DNA of 64,000 nucleotides from Candidatus Latescibacterota bacterium (GTDB lineage Bacteria; Latescibacterota; UBA2968; GCA-2709665): assembly GCA_963667175.2 (NCBI GenBank), contig CAXXXF010000002.1:288001-352000 (forward strand). Direction: 5' to 3'. The translations under genes were made by a program, and so were the position numbers. This document shows positions 20,470 to 30,591 of this stretch, in pieces. Each line of letters begins with the position of its first letter. Position 1 is the first letter of the stretch. A model generated the notes under the pieces. The model was not told the DNA's origin and made no database searches. It was given only the letters and a program-made list of their open reading frames with translations.

Positions 20470-21171
20470 TTACTCGTCCACGTCTATTCTCGCCACCCAT
20501 CCCGAGGTCGCGTCGCAATAGAGAAACCCGTCTTTGCAGCGGGAAAGCCCGTGCGGCTCGGGTTGAGACGCCGGGACCCTGATCTCTCCCAGAACAGTCC
20601 CGGATTGCGCGTCCAGTTTCACGATCGACCGCTCCGACGTATGAACCACCCAAACCCCATCTGTAACGCGTACGACGCCGTGCGCCCGTTCGTAAGGAAG
20701 GGAAAACACGCGCTGGATGGACCAATCCGAGATCCGCACCTGAGTCAGGGTCTGGCTCTTCAAGGTGGTCAGCCACAATGTACCCGGTTCAAACGCATCG
20801 TATTCCAGCCCGTGCGTTCCGCCGCCACCCGGCAACGGCCACCGCCCCTGTGTCTCTCCGGTCTTCGGATCCACCCGCAGAATCTCGCCCGAATCCGCGT
20901 CGGTGTTTCGCGGCGCCCGCCACTTCTCCGCGGAACCATTGGCCGCCAGCCAGAGCGATCCGTCCCCCCAGGCCAGCCCGCTGGTGTTGGATGACTCGGT
21001 CGACACTTCAGACCGCAGCCGCAGCATCCCGTACTCGTCCGCTTCCGAAACGCCCAGCAGCGCGACGCGATCCGTTACCTGGTCCACCACCCGGATGCCG
21101 TCGGCGGTTGCCTGCACGCCGTTCGGCATTCCGTACGGCGCCCGGAACCAGCGTTCGATTTTCATTTCCAT
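20470..21171 (-). CDS. Hypothetical beta-propeller protein (Vgb/glutamine-cyclotransferase-like)
   Basis: Repeated PNG/SGL/HGL/HGV blade motifs each followed by an aromatic strand. Confidence 0.65.
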   Translation of the reverse strand: MEMKIERWFRAPYGMPNGVQATADGIRVVDQVTDRVALLGVSEADEYGMLRLRSEVSTESSNTSGLAWGDGSLWLAANGSAEKWRAPRNTDADSGEILRVDPKTGETQGRWPLPGGGGTHGLEYDAFEPGTLWLTTLKSQTLTQVRISDWSIQRVFSLPYERAHGVVRVTDGVWVVHTSERSIVKLDAQSGTVLGEIRVPASQPEPHGLSRCKDGFLYCDATSGWVARIDVDE

Positions 21172-21250
21172 ACCGAAATCCTGCCGAAAGTGTGCTTCTT
21201 GCCCGCGTGATCTCCTCGGGGCCGAAATTGCGGCTGACGTCGAGGTTCCC

Positions 21251-22348
21251 TCAAGCGACCCGACAGTCGGCGACCTCGAACAGCCGGTGCTCCACCCACG
21301 GGTGCTCGCAGCAGGGGCCCCGGGCAAACCACGCCAGTCCGTTTGACGGCTCCAGCACGATGCCGCAGATCGTCTGCCCGCATCCGTCCACGCTGTGCCG
21401 GCAGATCGAAACGGGGCTGTTTACGTGGTCTTCCAGCGCCGACATGATCGTGTGGGCGCCCGGGTCGGCAGATCTCCGCAAAAGCCTCGTGGCACGGCCC
21501 CATCTTGCAAGGCTCTGGCCCTGTTGATCGTAAGCCCGACGCTCGAGCGGTTTCAGACGGTCTGCGAGGTAGTGGTTCGAGTGCGCCATGGGACCGTCGA
21601 ACGGGCTGGTTGCCTCGTAATCCGAGGCGGTGGTTTCCAGGTTGTAAATCTCGCCGTGCCGGTCGCACAGAACATAGTTCATTCCCGACGCGCGACGCGA
21701 CGAGACGACCGCGTCGATAGCGTCTCCAATGACTGAAGTGGCAAGGATCCGCCGGATCACGAAAGGGTAAGGTACGCCTGGCCCGGCGTCGCCCGGGACG
21801 AGGTTGTTGATGACAACGCCGATGCCTTCGCTGTTCAACCCCGCACACCCAAGCATCCCGGCCGTTGTATACATCAGCGCGTCCGGGCCGTCGCCCGTGA
21901 TCTTCAAGAGTGCGGCCGACCCATAGAAGATCTCGGCCAGGTCGTAATTCTGGCCGATTGCGGCTATGCCTCCGCCTTCCATCTCCGGGATCATAAACGT
22001 CGTGCAACCCGCCTCGATGAACGTCGGAGAGAGATGGTCGATAATGTCCAGAAAGCCGTTCAGCGCCAGGATCTCCTCGTACGGCACGCCGGCGCCCCTG
22101 GCGATTCCTCTCGCCTCTTCCACGAGGTCCGGGGCGTATGCTTCCGCGGGCTCTGCGTAGGTCGCGGAGATTTCAAGCACCCGTGTCCTGCTCAACACGG
22201 GCACGCCATGGTCCCGGCTGGTGCGCTCCAGATAGTCAAAATAGGCCGGAAGCAGCGTGCGAATCGCTTCCCGGTAGAACTCTCCGTGCGATTGCCCGCG
22301 ATTCACGGGCGATCCGGAAACTTCAAGAAGAGGAAATCCGTCGTTCAT
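21251..22348 (-). CDS. C45-family Ntn autoproteolytic acyltransferase/hydrolase
   Basis: RGQSHG, G|CTT cleavage site, GQNYD, GLNSEG, HSNHY. Confidence 0.9.
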   Translation of the reverse strand: MNDGFPLLEVSGSPVNRGQSHGEFYREAIRTLLPAYFDYLERTSRDHGVPVLSRTRVLEISATYAEPAEAYAPDLVEEARGIARGAGVPYEEILALNGFLDIIDHLSPTFIEAGCTTFMIPEMEGGGIAAIGQNYDLAEIFYGSAALLKITGDGPDALMYTTAGMLGCAGLNSEGIGVVINNLVPGDAGPGVPYPFVIRRILATSVIGDAIDAVVSSRRASGMNYVLCDRHGEIYNLETTASDYEATSPFDGPMAHSNHYLADRLKPLERRAYDQQGQSLARWGRATRLLRRSADPGAHTIMSALEDHVNSPVSICRHSVDGCGQTICGIVLEPSNGLAWFARGPCCEHPWVEHRLFEVADCRVA

Positions 22349-22397
22349 TTTCGTTCTCCTCGATCAGCGGGACGGAGGCGTCCCGATCCGGAATTGT

Positions 22398-23813
22398 TCA
22401 CGAGTCGCCATCCACAGTTTCTTCGTTTTCCACGGCATCCCGCGCCTGTAGTTTCCTCGCCGTCTTCGGCGACCCGATGTAAAGGGCTTCGTAGGCCGCT
22501 CTCGAACTGGGAAAGGGTCCTTCGTGCCGGGTGCCGTGCCACTGCAGATTCGTGAACATCGGATTGGTCAGCCCCGTTTCCGCCTCCCGCTTCGAAATCC
22601 ACGCGTCCATGCGGGCTCGGAGCATCCGCGCGATCTCCGGTTCCCGGTCCGCAAGGTTCGTGTTCTCGGCCGGGTCTTCCACGAGGTTGTACAACTCGAC
22701 CTCGGGTTTTCCGTGGAAATCGGGCTCGAGCGCCACAATCAGCTTCCACTCGGACGTGCGCCACCCGTGCTTGCGCATCCAGGTGGCCTCGGTGATATAG
22801 AATTCAGACCGGTTCGATGCGCGCGTTCCCTGTATCAGCGGCAACAGGCTGTCTCCGTCGAATTCGATCCTGGTCGGGATTTCCAGGAGTTCCAGCAGGG
22901 TCGGCACGAGATCGGCGTGACTCGAATATCCCGTCACCCGCCGTCCGTCGGGCAACACGCCCGGGAGGCGCAGAATCAGCGGCACGTGCAGGGTGCAGTC
23001 GTACATCCCGTGATGATCGAAGTAACAATCGTGATCGACCAGCGTCTCGCCATGGTCTCCGTTGAATACCACGAGCGTATCTTCCGTCAGCCCCAGTTCC
23101 TCCAGGCGCGTGAGGATCCGCTGGATGCAGGCATCCATATACGCGATTTCGCCGTCGTATTGTGCGATCACGTAGTCTGCGTCCGTGATGCCGGGCGGCA
23201 TCCAGCTGAGATGAAAGTCGCGAAACGGTTTGAAATTTCGCACCGGCTCCATCGACGTCTTCGTGGGATCGCACGGATCGCCGCTGTAGAACATCGTATC
23301 GTACGGCGGGGGCGGCAGGTAGGGCGCGTGTGGATCCATATGGCGCAGAAACAGGAAGAAGGGTCGGTCTGCCGAGGCGAGCCGTTCCAGTTCCGGAATC
23401 GTCACGTCGTTCAGCCATTCGGCCTTGCGCAGGGGCCGCTGCTCCCACGAGCCCCACGCCTCGTAGTTCAGGTATTGGTCGAACCCGCGGGAACCGGGGT
23501 TGCCCGTGAAACCGACACATGTCGTATCGTAACCGGCGTTACGCAGAATCTCGGGCAGGCTTGTCACCTCGGGCCGCAGCCCGCCCTGGTGGCGCAATGC
23601 CACGACCTGTGTGGTAAAGCAATCCATACCGGTCAGCATGGACGCGTAGGCCGAGGTCGTGGGGATGTGCGGGCTGTAATTCTTCTCGAACAACACCCCC
23701 TGTGCGGCCAGCCGATCCACGTATGGGGTTGTCAGCCGTTCGTACCCGTAACAGCTCATGTGGTCGGCCCACAGGCTGTCCACCCCGAAAAACAGCAGAT
23801 TCCGTTTGCCCAT
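22398..23813 (-). CDS. Sulfatase-like (alkaline phosphatase superfamily) hydrolase
   Basis: VDSLWADH, SMLTG, FFLFLRHMDPHAPY, YDGEIAYMD, GDHGE, ELYNLVEDPAE. Confidence 0.9.
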   Translation of the reverse strand: MGKRNLLFFGVDSLWADHMSCYGYERLTTPYVDRLAAQGVLFEKNYSPHIPTTSAYASMLTGMDCFTTQVVALRHQGGLRPEVTSLPEILRNAGYDTTCVGFTGNPGSRGFDQYLNYEAWGSWEQRPLRKAEWLNDVTIPELERLASADRPFFLFLRHMDPHAPYLPPPPYDTMFYSGDPCDPTKTSMEPVRNFKPFRDFHLSWMPPGITDADYVIAQYDGEIAYMDACIQRILTRLEELGLTEDTLVVFNGDHGETLVDHDCYFDHHGMYDCTLHVPLILRLPGVLPDGRRVTGYSSHADLVPTLLELLEIPTRIEFDGDSLLPLIQGTRASNRSEFYITEATWMRKHGWRTSEWKLIVALEPDFHGKPEVELYNLVEDPAENTNLADREPEIARMLRARMDAWISKREAETGLTNPMFTNLQWHGTRHEGPFPSSRAAYEALYIGSPKTARKLQARDAVENEETVDGDS

Positions 23814-23843
23814 TTTCTCTGAACCCCTTCGCCCGTTTCGGAA

Positions 23844-24938
23844 TCAGTCCTGCATCAGCGGCAGCCTCACCGGCCGTCCGGTTTCGTAACACTGCAGGGC
23901 GGCAAACGCGATTTCGTGCGTGACAATCGCGTCGTCCAGGTTGCAGTGCGATTCCGTATTCGTCTGAATGCATTCGACGAAGTGGTCCATCTGCCCCTGG
24001 AACGGATGATGGGTCACGTCCGCGCTATCCGGCAGGATGGCCGGGATCTCCACCCAGTTGTTCTGTCCCGGATACTTGTGCGACCAGACCTTGTTATCCT
24101 TAACGGTGCCTTTGTTTCCGAAGATCTCCACCGGGAACGTGTACGGCATGATGCACCCGTAGTTCACCGAGACCTTTCCGACCGCGCCGTTGGAGAACTT
24201 CACCAGGGCGACTTCCAGGTCGTCGTATTCCAGCGGCAGGCCGTCCACCCACTTGTTGGCCAGGTAGTCGAACTCTTTCTTGAGACCTTTGCGATATCCG
24301 CCCGAGTAGGCGAATACCTCCATGGGTTGCGCGGCCTCGAACTCTCCCTGGGCCGCGAACCAGCGCAGCGAGTCGATGGCGTGGCATCCGCCGGTCAAAA
24401 ACGCGCTCACGCCCGTGCTCGTTTTCCTGGCCTCGTCCCAGCCCGTCCACCAGCTTGCAATGTCGTGCTGGTAATCGGCCTCCACGTAGAAGACGTCTCC
24501 CAGGGCGTCGTCGGCCACCATGGATTTGATGGTCTCGAACAGCGGATTCCAGCGGAGCACGAAACTCACCACCGTCCGTACGCCCGTCGTGCGCACGGCG
24601 CCGCGCATGGCCCGGATTTCGTCCAGGCTGTTGGCGATGGGCTTCTCGATGACAACGTGTTTCCCTGCCTCCGCCGCTGCGATCGTGTTTTCCGCGTGAA
24701 AGCGCTGCGGGGTACAGACGCACACGACGTCCACGCCGTCGTGCGCCAGGGCCCGCTCGTAGTTGTCGTACAGCCCGATGCCTTCCAGGCCGGCCTCTTC
24801 CGCGCGAGTCCGCGCGCTTGCCAGTTTCCGGCTGGAAACCGCCACCACTTCGGTATGCGGATTGTTGGTAAAGGCCATGATGTGCTGCGTGGACACCCAA
24901 CCCGCGCCGTGAACCAGAACCCCGAGTTTATCGGCCAT
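23844..24938 (-). CDS. Gfo/Idh/MocA-family oxidoreductase
   Basis: HGAGW, AGKHVVIEKP, GCHAID; ATG after GGAGG. Confidence 0.9.
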   Translation of the reverse strand: MADKLGVLVHGAGWVSTQHIMAFTNNPHTEVVAVSSRKLASARTRAEEAGLEGIGLYDNYERALAHDGVDVVCVCTPQRFHAENTIAAAEAGKHVVIEKPIANSLDEIRAMRGAVRTTGVRTVVSFVLRWNPLFETIKSMVADDALGDVFYVEADYQHDIASWWTGWDEARKTSTGVSAFLTGGCHAIDSLRWFAAQGEFEAAQPMEVFAYSGGYRKGLKKEFDYLANKWVDGLPLEYDDLEVALVKFSNGAVGKVSVNYGCIMPYTFPVEIFGNKGTVKDNKVWSHKYPGQNNWVEIPAILPDSADVTHHPFQGQMDHFVECIQTNTESHCNLDDAIVTHEIAFAALQCYETGRPVRLPLMQD

Positions 24939-25119
24939 CTCGAACCTCCCTGGAATGTTTACCGAACAGCGGGTAACCGGGATCGATTCAGCGGTTACCC
25001 TCAATCCGGTATATCGACTACAACCGTGACTGATCGAATAGCGGCACGTGGGACGGGGCCGCCTCGCCGACGTCCGGCGAACCGCCCGTTACCCGCCTGT
25101 CGCCAATACATCTAAAGGT

Positions 25120-25647
25120 CTAGCGAGGCTGCAAGCACCGCCAGGCCTTCCAGGTCGCTGCCCCGCCGACCAGCAGCAGGGCGGCGTTTCCAAGCAGTTT
25201 CAGCCCGTCCGCGTCCAGGCCGCTTTCGAGCAGGAAAGAAGGCGCGACTGAGATGATGATGACGGCGGCGTAGAACGCGGCGAACGACATTGACACGACG
25301 CAACCGACGCGGACAACCTTGCCGGACAGCCTTCCCAGGGCAAAGGAACAAGCGGCCCACAGCGCGCCGACCGGCAGCGCCAGCAGCAGCAAAGCGGCCA
25401 GCGGGACGCTGACCGCCAGTGCGACACAGACCATGATGGCGCTGCCCGTATCGCCGCCTGCGAGATCGCCCGCCCGTGCTGCCAGCATCAGCGCGTAAAA
25501 GTAGAGACCGTAGATTCCCGACGCCATGGCGTACCAGGGCAGAGCAGCGGCAATGAGCAACGCAACGCGAGCCAGCAAGCCGGGACGACGGCGATGATTC
25601 GCGGCGCGACTCCGAGGAGCGGCGCCGCCATCGTTGCGAAAGTTCAT
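25120..25647 (-). CDS. Hypothetical integral membrane protein
   Basis: About four hydrophobic segments; start uncertain. Confidence 0.5.
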   Translation of the reverse strand: MNFRNDGGAAPRSRAANHRRRPGLLARVALLIAAALPWYAMASGIYGLYFYALMLAARAGDLAGGDTGSAIMVCVALAVSVPLAALLLLALPVGALWAACSFALGRLSGKVVRVGCVVSMSFAAFYAAVIIISVAPSFLLESGLDADGLKLLGNAALLLVGGAATWKAWRCLQPR

Positions 25648-25853
25648 GGCTGACCGTCCGGGATGAAGACGCCGTGACAGAACCGGCCCGATGGAACGTA
25701 AGATTCCGCATCGGCAAACGGACACGTAACCTAATGCCAGAGCCGAAGCGCCGCAAGCGGAATAGAGGTCTGCGAGGGAGAGGGGGCCGGGTGGAGAGGT
25801 TCCGCCAGGAGAGGTCGCCGCTTGCGCAGGGTTTTTTGCGGTCGGAACCGCAT

Positions 25854-25882
25854 TTGACTTCGAGAAGCATACCCGATATCTT
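25854..25882 (+). promoter_or_regulatory. Putative sigma70 promoter for manA
   Basis: TTGACT-N17-TATCTT. Confidence 0.5.
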
Positions 25883-25935
25883 GAACGAAGCAACCACGTA
25901 CGGAGAGATCCGAGCCGTCCAATAGGGGATTCGTT

Positions 25936-26922
25936 TTGCTTCCGAGCATAACGCCGCTGAGACCGTACTTCAGAGAGATGATCTGGGGCGGCCGCAGGCT
26001 GGGGGATCAGTATAACAAAGCTCTGCCGACCGGCAGGAATATCGGCGAGTCCTGGGAGGTTTCCACGTGCCCCGGCATGGAAAGCGTTGTTGCGTCCGGT
26101 CCGTTTTCAGGACGGCCCCTGCGCGATCTGGTCGAATCGCACGGCCCCGAGTTGCTCGGCCGCGAGGTCTTCGAACGATACAACGGTGAATTCCCGCTGC
26201 TCGTCAAGTTACTCGACGCCCACCAGGACCTTTCCATTCAGGTGCACCCGGACGACGCGTACGCGCGGATGAAGCAACTTGGAAGATTCGGAAAGATGGA
26301 AGCCTGGTACGTGCTCCGGTCCGAAAACGGCCGCATCGCCTGCGGACTGAAGCCCGGGGTTGACATGGCCGCGTTCACAGATGCCGTAAACTACAACAGG
26401 GTCTCCGATGCCGTCGAGTATTTCGACGCACGTCCCGGAGACGTCGTCTTCATCCCGCCTGGAACCGTCCATGCCCTGTGCTCCGGGGTCATGGTATACG
26501 AGGTCCAGCAGTCCAGCGACGTCACCTTCCGCATTTACGACTACAACCGCCCCGGGGCCGACGGGAAACCCAGGGAACTGCATATTGACGACGCCCTGAA
26601 GGTCATCGATTTCGAAGGGCCGCGACGAGAGCCCGTCGCCTCGTCCACGCTGCCCTCGACAAGCCCCGGCCGGGCCGTTCTCGTCGAGTCCGAACACTTC
26701 CGGCTGGAACGGTGCAGTCCATTGCAGGCCCGGACCCAACATCCCCCGTACCCGTCGTTGGCCGCGCTTACCTTTCTTTCGGGCAGTGCCGAAATTCAGG
26801 GAGGCAGTATCGCCTGCCGCGCCGGGAAGGGCGACACCCTTCTTATCCCTGCCGGCCGGGACTTCGCCGTAATCCAGGAGGGTGATATCCCTCCCGAATA
26901 CCTCGTGTCGTCGGTGCCCTGA
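25936..26922 (+). CDS. manA: Class I mannose-6-phosphate isomerase
   Basis: IWGG, IGESWE, FPLLVKLLDA...LSIQVHPDD, KMEAWY, GTVHAL, EVQQSSDVTFRIYDY. Confidence 0.92.
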   Translation: MLPSITPLRPYFREMIWGGRRLGDQYNKALPTGRNIGESWEVSTCPGMESVVASGPFSGRPLRDLVESHGPELLGREVFERYNGEFPLLVKLLDAHQDLSIQVHPDDAYARMKQLGRFGKMEAWYVLRSENGRIACGLKPGVDMAAFTDAVNYNRVSDAVEYFDARPGDVVFIPPGTVHALCSGVMVYEVQQSSDVTFRIYDYNRPGADGKPRELHIDDALKVIDFEGPRREPVASSTLPSTSPGRAVLVESEHFRLERCSPLQARTQHPPYPSLAALTFLSGSAEIQGGSIACRAGKGDTLLIPAGRDFAVIQEGDIPPEYLVSSVP

Positions 26923-26946
26923 TCCGTCGCCGCTGATGACAAGACG

Positions 26947-26977
26947 AAGCCCCGGAGAAGCGATTCTCCGGGGCTTT
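26947..26977. terminator. Hairpin terminator between convergent manA and cupin genes
   Basis: AAGCCCCGGAGAA-GCGA-TTCTCCGGGGCTT followed by T-rich sequence. Confidence 0.7.
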
Positions 26978-27014
26978 CTGTTTTGCATGGCCGCGAGACA
27001 CGTCTGTTCTTTCT

Positions 27015-27473
27015 CTACTCCTCCCCGTCGTAATAGTCCGCGTCGGTCATGCGCCCGAGTTTGCCCGGCGGCCGGATGGCCCATTTGTCCGAATCGGGAT
27101 AATAGCAGGGGTCGCACACGGGATTGTCGGCAATCACGTAGTAGATCAGGTCCTCGTCTTCACTCGGATTGCGGACGTGGTGCGCGGTCCCCGGCGGTTG
27201 AACGAACACGTCATCGGCCTTGACCTCGAACGTGCGGTCGTTCCGCCTGACGACGCCGCGGCCGCTGACCACGATGTAGAATTCCCACTGAACCTGGTGC
27301 GCGTGGTAGGGAAAATTGGTCATCCCCGGCTTCAAGCGCACCCAGTCGATTTCGAACGGCCGGTCCCCGGTTTCGAGCGATCCGGACACGTCCTTTCGCG
27401 ACACCTGGAACGTCCCTTTGGGGGAGTGGTGGGATCGTTCTTCGATTTCCGCCAGGTTGATCTTTTCTTTCAT
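27015..27473 (-). CDS. Cupin domain protein
   Basis: PYHAH...WEFYIVVSGRG...PPGTAHHVRN; YYPDSDK. Confidence 0.88.
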   Translation of the reverse strand: MKEKINLAEIEERSHHSPKGTFQVSRKDVSGSLETGDRPFEIDWVRLKPGMTNFPYHAHQVQWEFYIVVSGRGVVRRNDRTFEVKADDVFVQPPGTAHHVRNPSEDEDLIYYVIADNPVCDPCYYPDSDKWAIRPPGKLGRMTDADYYDGEE

Positions 27474-27503
27474 GATATCACTCCTCCCAATCGGGTGATG
27501 CCG

Positions 27504-28169
27504 TCAGCGTTGTTTCATCCAACCACATGCCACGCGAGCCAATTCATCGAGTACGGGTTCGTCGGACGTCCTTCGTTTCAGCACCTTGAACCCGTGATCC
27601 GCGGTGTCCACCACGTGAAGCCTGGCGCCTTCCAGTTTCCCCACCACCGGCTCCAGCAGAGCCAATTTCGCCATCTTGTCCCGCTGTCCGGACAGAAACA
27701 ACATGGGCGCCGGCACGTCCTGCAGATGCTCGGCGCGGTCCGCGTTCGGCTTGCCGGCGTGCAATGGAAACGCGAAGAAGACAATGCCCTTCAGCCCGTC
27801 TATCGGCTCTTGCGCACAGGCCATGGAGACCATGCGCCCGCTCATGGAGTGCCCCCCGGCGAAGACCGGGAGTCCATCCGCGTGATTCATCGCCGTCGTG
27901 ACCGCAGCGCGCACGGTGGCGAGGCGCACCTTCTCGCCGTCCATGCCCCCGCCTTTTTCGGAATAAGGATAGTTGAAACGGAACGTGGCGATGCCCGCGT
28001 CGTTCAACGCGTCGCTCAGGTCCTGCATGAACGAATGGCGCATATTCGTGCCCGCGCCGTGGCCCAGCACCAGCAGCGCCTCGGCGCCGTGCGGCAGGGC
28101 GAACAGCGCCGAGACCTCGCCCTTTTCCTCGGTCGCCAGAAATCTCAATTCTTCGGCTTCAACAGCCAT
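27504..28169 (-). CDS. Alpha/beta hydrolase (KANL3/Tex30-like)
   Basis: HGAG, FRFNYPY, GGHSMSGR nucleophile elbow, GQRD, ADHGF. Confidence 0.88.
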   Translation of the reverse strand: MAVEAEELRFLATEEKGEVSALFALPHGAEALLVLGHGAGTNMRHSFMQDLSDALNDAGIATFRFNYPYSEKGGGMDGEKVRLATVRAAVTTAMNHADGLPVFAGGHSMSGRMVSMACAQEPIDGLKGIVFFAFPLHAGKPNADRAEHLQDVPAPMLFLSGQRDKMAKLALLEPVVGKLEGARLHVVDTADHGFKVLKRRTSDEPVLDELARVACGWMKQR

Positions 28170-28190
28170 TTTCTACCCTTCGTTAGCGGA

Positions 28191-28658
28191 TCATGACCCC
28201 CACTTAATCCGCGAATCGTCCGGCGTGCCGCACGCGGGACCGCCGAGGTCGTCGGTCAACTTCAGCCTCGCGACGATGGGCTCGTCCGACTCAAGCGCCT
28301 GTTCAATCTCCGGCCATTCGAGGTGGGTAAGGCGGATCTTCAATCGACGGAACATCGCGAACTGCTCAGGTTCAGTCTTTACGCCCCATGAGAGATAGAA
28401 AAACCTGTCCGCCGGCCTGCCCTGGGCGTACGGACCCAGAAAGTTGGGGGACCCGTCGGGTCTCGTTCCGATCCTGAATTCCGGACGGAACACCACCCAA
28501 TGCCGGCTGGCCGGGACCTGCGCGATAACCTCCGTCCCGCGCTGGATTCCGAGATAGACGGGCTCCTTGACTTTTGGCTTGTGTTTGTAAGGATCTTCGA
28601 AACGGAGCCCCGGCAACTGCGAGCACATCACTTTCAATTTCAATTTCCTGTCGGACAT
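28191..28658 (-). CDS. DUF5990-like protein
   Basis: GPYAQGRPADRFFYLSWG...MFRRLKIRL...LTDDLGGPACG. Confidence 0.75.
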   Translation of the reverse strand: MSDRKLKLKVMCSQLPGLRFEDPYKHKPKVKEPVYLGIQRGTEVIAQVPASRHWVVFRPEFRIGTRPDGSPNFLGPYAQGRPADRFFYLSWGVKTEPEQFAMFRRLKIRLTHLEWPEIEQALESDEPIVARLKLTDDLGGPACGTPDDSRIKWGS

Positions 28659-28954
28659 CGTCGTCCCTTCAATCCAATGATACTGATGCCGGCATCGGTG
28701 TTTTACGATAAGCGACCCCTGGCGGATTTACAACCCAAATTTCAACTGTGGCGACTGTCGATTGTGTGCCACATGCGCGCAGCGGATTCACATGTCGGCA
28801 GGAGATGAAAATACCCCCGTACCATAGTCGGCGCAGTCGAAGGATGAGGAGTGAATTAATGACAAAAATAAATTATTGATATTATTATAGATAAATGCAA
28901 GATCCTTAATTTTCACTCGCCTTCAGGCGTAAATAGTGCGAACCCACATCCGGC

Positions 28955-28970
28955 TGGCACGGTTCTTGAT
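28955..28970 (+). promoter_or_regulatory. Possible sigma54 promoter
   Basis: TGGCACGGTTCTTGAT matches the -24 element; -12 is GA rather than GC; AT-rich tract upstream. Confidence 0.4.
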
Positions 28971-29010
28971 TTAATTACCTCTGCGTAAAAATTACGTGCG
29001 GAGGGACCGT

Positions 29011-29736
29011 ATGCGTCGTGCTGTCGGTTTCGTGATCATATTCCTCCTTGCGCCGGGGACTTCAAGTGCACAGGAGTTGGGTGCGAGTTTCTCTGGCGGT
29101 TATTCCATTCCTGGCGTCAGTCGGCTCTACTGCGGCAACGTTAGACCCGGAGATCGGGATCTGCGGGAACTGCGGACCGCGTGGCTCTACTGCGGTAGAG
29201 ACAGCGAGGGGGATCTGCTGACCGCTCAAACGAATTTCCCTCGCATAAATGCAGGGCTTGTTCTTGCCGGGGACCTGTTCTTGCACGTCAATCAGTTCGA
29301 TATGGGAATCGGAACCGCCATGTTTTCCAAAGGCGGGATCCCCGGCTCGTTAATCTCTGCGAACGACCTCAAGGAGAGAGTCGAAACGAAGGATTTCACC
29401 AGGTCTTTCAGGGCAGTGTTTGTATTCATCCGGGGACGTGCGATGACGGACTCCACGTTAACGCCCACTCTTGGGTTCGGTATTGGCATATACGGGCTTC
29501 GGGAAAGCGAACCCGACGAGCGCCTCAATTGGGAAAATGGTCCGTTTTTCCAGCTCGTCGCGGGCGGCGAAGCCCGGATAAGGAAGAGTTCTTCCAGAGT
29601 TTTCACGGAATTCAGATTAAATCTCGCCGTATTCGACGAAATGCCGGAACCCGGCCTGGATATTATCAGATGTTGTGGATGGAACCAGGCCTACGTATCG
29701 TGGACTTTCGCCATCGGCCTGAGGTTCGCCCGATAG
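29011..29736 (+). CDS. Hypothetical outer-membrane beta-barrel protein
   Basis: Signal peptide (SSA|QE); alternating beta-strands; C-terminal WTFAIGLRF; lower GC. Confidence 0.65.
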   Translation: MRRAVGFVIIFLLAPGTSSAQELGASFSGGYSIPGVSRLYCGNVRPGDRDLRELRTAWLYCGRDSEGDLLTAQTNFPRINAGLVLAGDLFLHVNQFDMGIGTAMFSKGGIPGSLISANDLKERVETKDFTRSFRAVFVFIRGRAMTDSTLTPTLGFGIGIYGLRESEPDERLNWENGPFFQLVAGGEARIRKSSSRVFTEFRLNLAVFDEMPEPGLDIIRCCGWNQAYVSWTFAIGLRFAR

Positions 29737-29975
29737 CCGCCAATTGACGCCTATATAGGCTTTTCTTGCCAAATTTCGTCTTGAGAAACTTGCCGGTTCA
29801 ATTAGAAAAATCGCTTGAAAAATGGCGCCTTTTTGGATATCATTAACTCAATGAAGGATTCGTAAGCCAGGCCGGTCACAGGATGAGAAGACAGGTTCGG
29901 ACAGTGCAGGTCGGCAGAGAGACGGATGTCCGATAGCATTTCGGGTAAGCTGGCAATTCTAGAAGCAACGATTTC

Positions 29976-30414
29976 TTGTTTGGGCACGTAGCAGAAAAAG
30001 TACGGCAGTATCTAAAGACGGAAAGCGCATCGGTGGAGTGGGTATCAATTTGGAGCGTCAAGGAAGACGAGCGGCTCTGGTTCAAAATTGTCTCTCTGGT
30101 GCTCTTCGCGGTTGGTCTGATCTTTCGAATATGGATATTCCAAGACTGGCAATGGAGCTTTGGATTTCTAAAGGACCTTATTGCCGTCGGTGTCCTGGCT
30201 GTTACGTCTGCATATTTCCTTAGTGGAGGCAATAGACGCAATGGGCGCAATAACTGAATGGGTAAAGGCGAGAAATCTGAAGAAGGGCCTGGAAAGGGGC
30301 CGTCAGGAAATGCGGCAGCAGGTCGAAGAATGGATCGCCGAGGAGAAGGCGAAAGGGACACAATTCCAAACGCCGCCGCCCTTCGACCAGAACGGTGAGC
30401 CGCCACGGCAGTGA
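29976..30414 (+). pseudogene. Hypothetical 2-TM membrane protein, probably frameshifted
   Basis: ORF 29976..30257 (two TMs, ...AVTSAYF) joins ORF 30181..30414 (LVEAIDAMGAITEWVK...GLERGRQE) if one base is removed near 30215-30221. Confidence 0.45.
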
Positions 30415-30591
30415 GGTCCCCGTATATTTGACGTTCGCCAAGTGTGCATGGAACAATAATGCCCATACGTAATCTGGTATGGGCATTATTCTTTAGTTCT
30501 TGAATTGCGTCGATTCAACCGTTCAGCAAATCGCACAATTCCTTAGCGCACCGATCTTTATTTTTCGCGTCGGCTCCTTTCTCCGCCGTCC

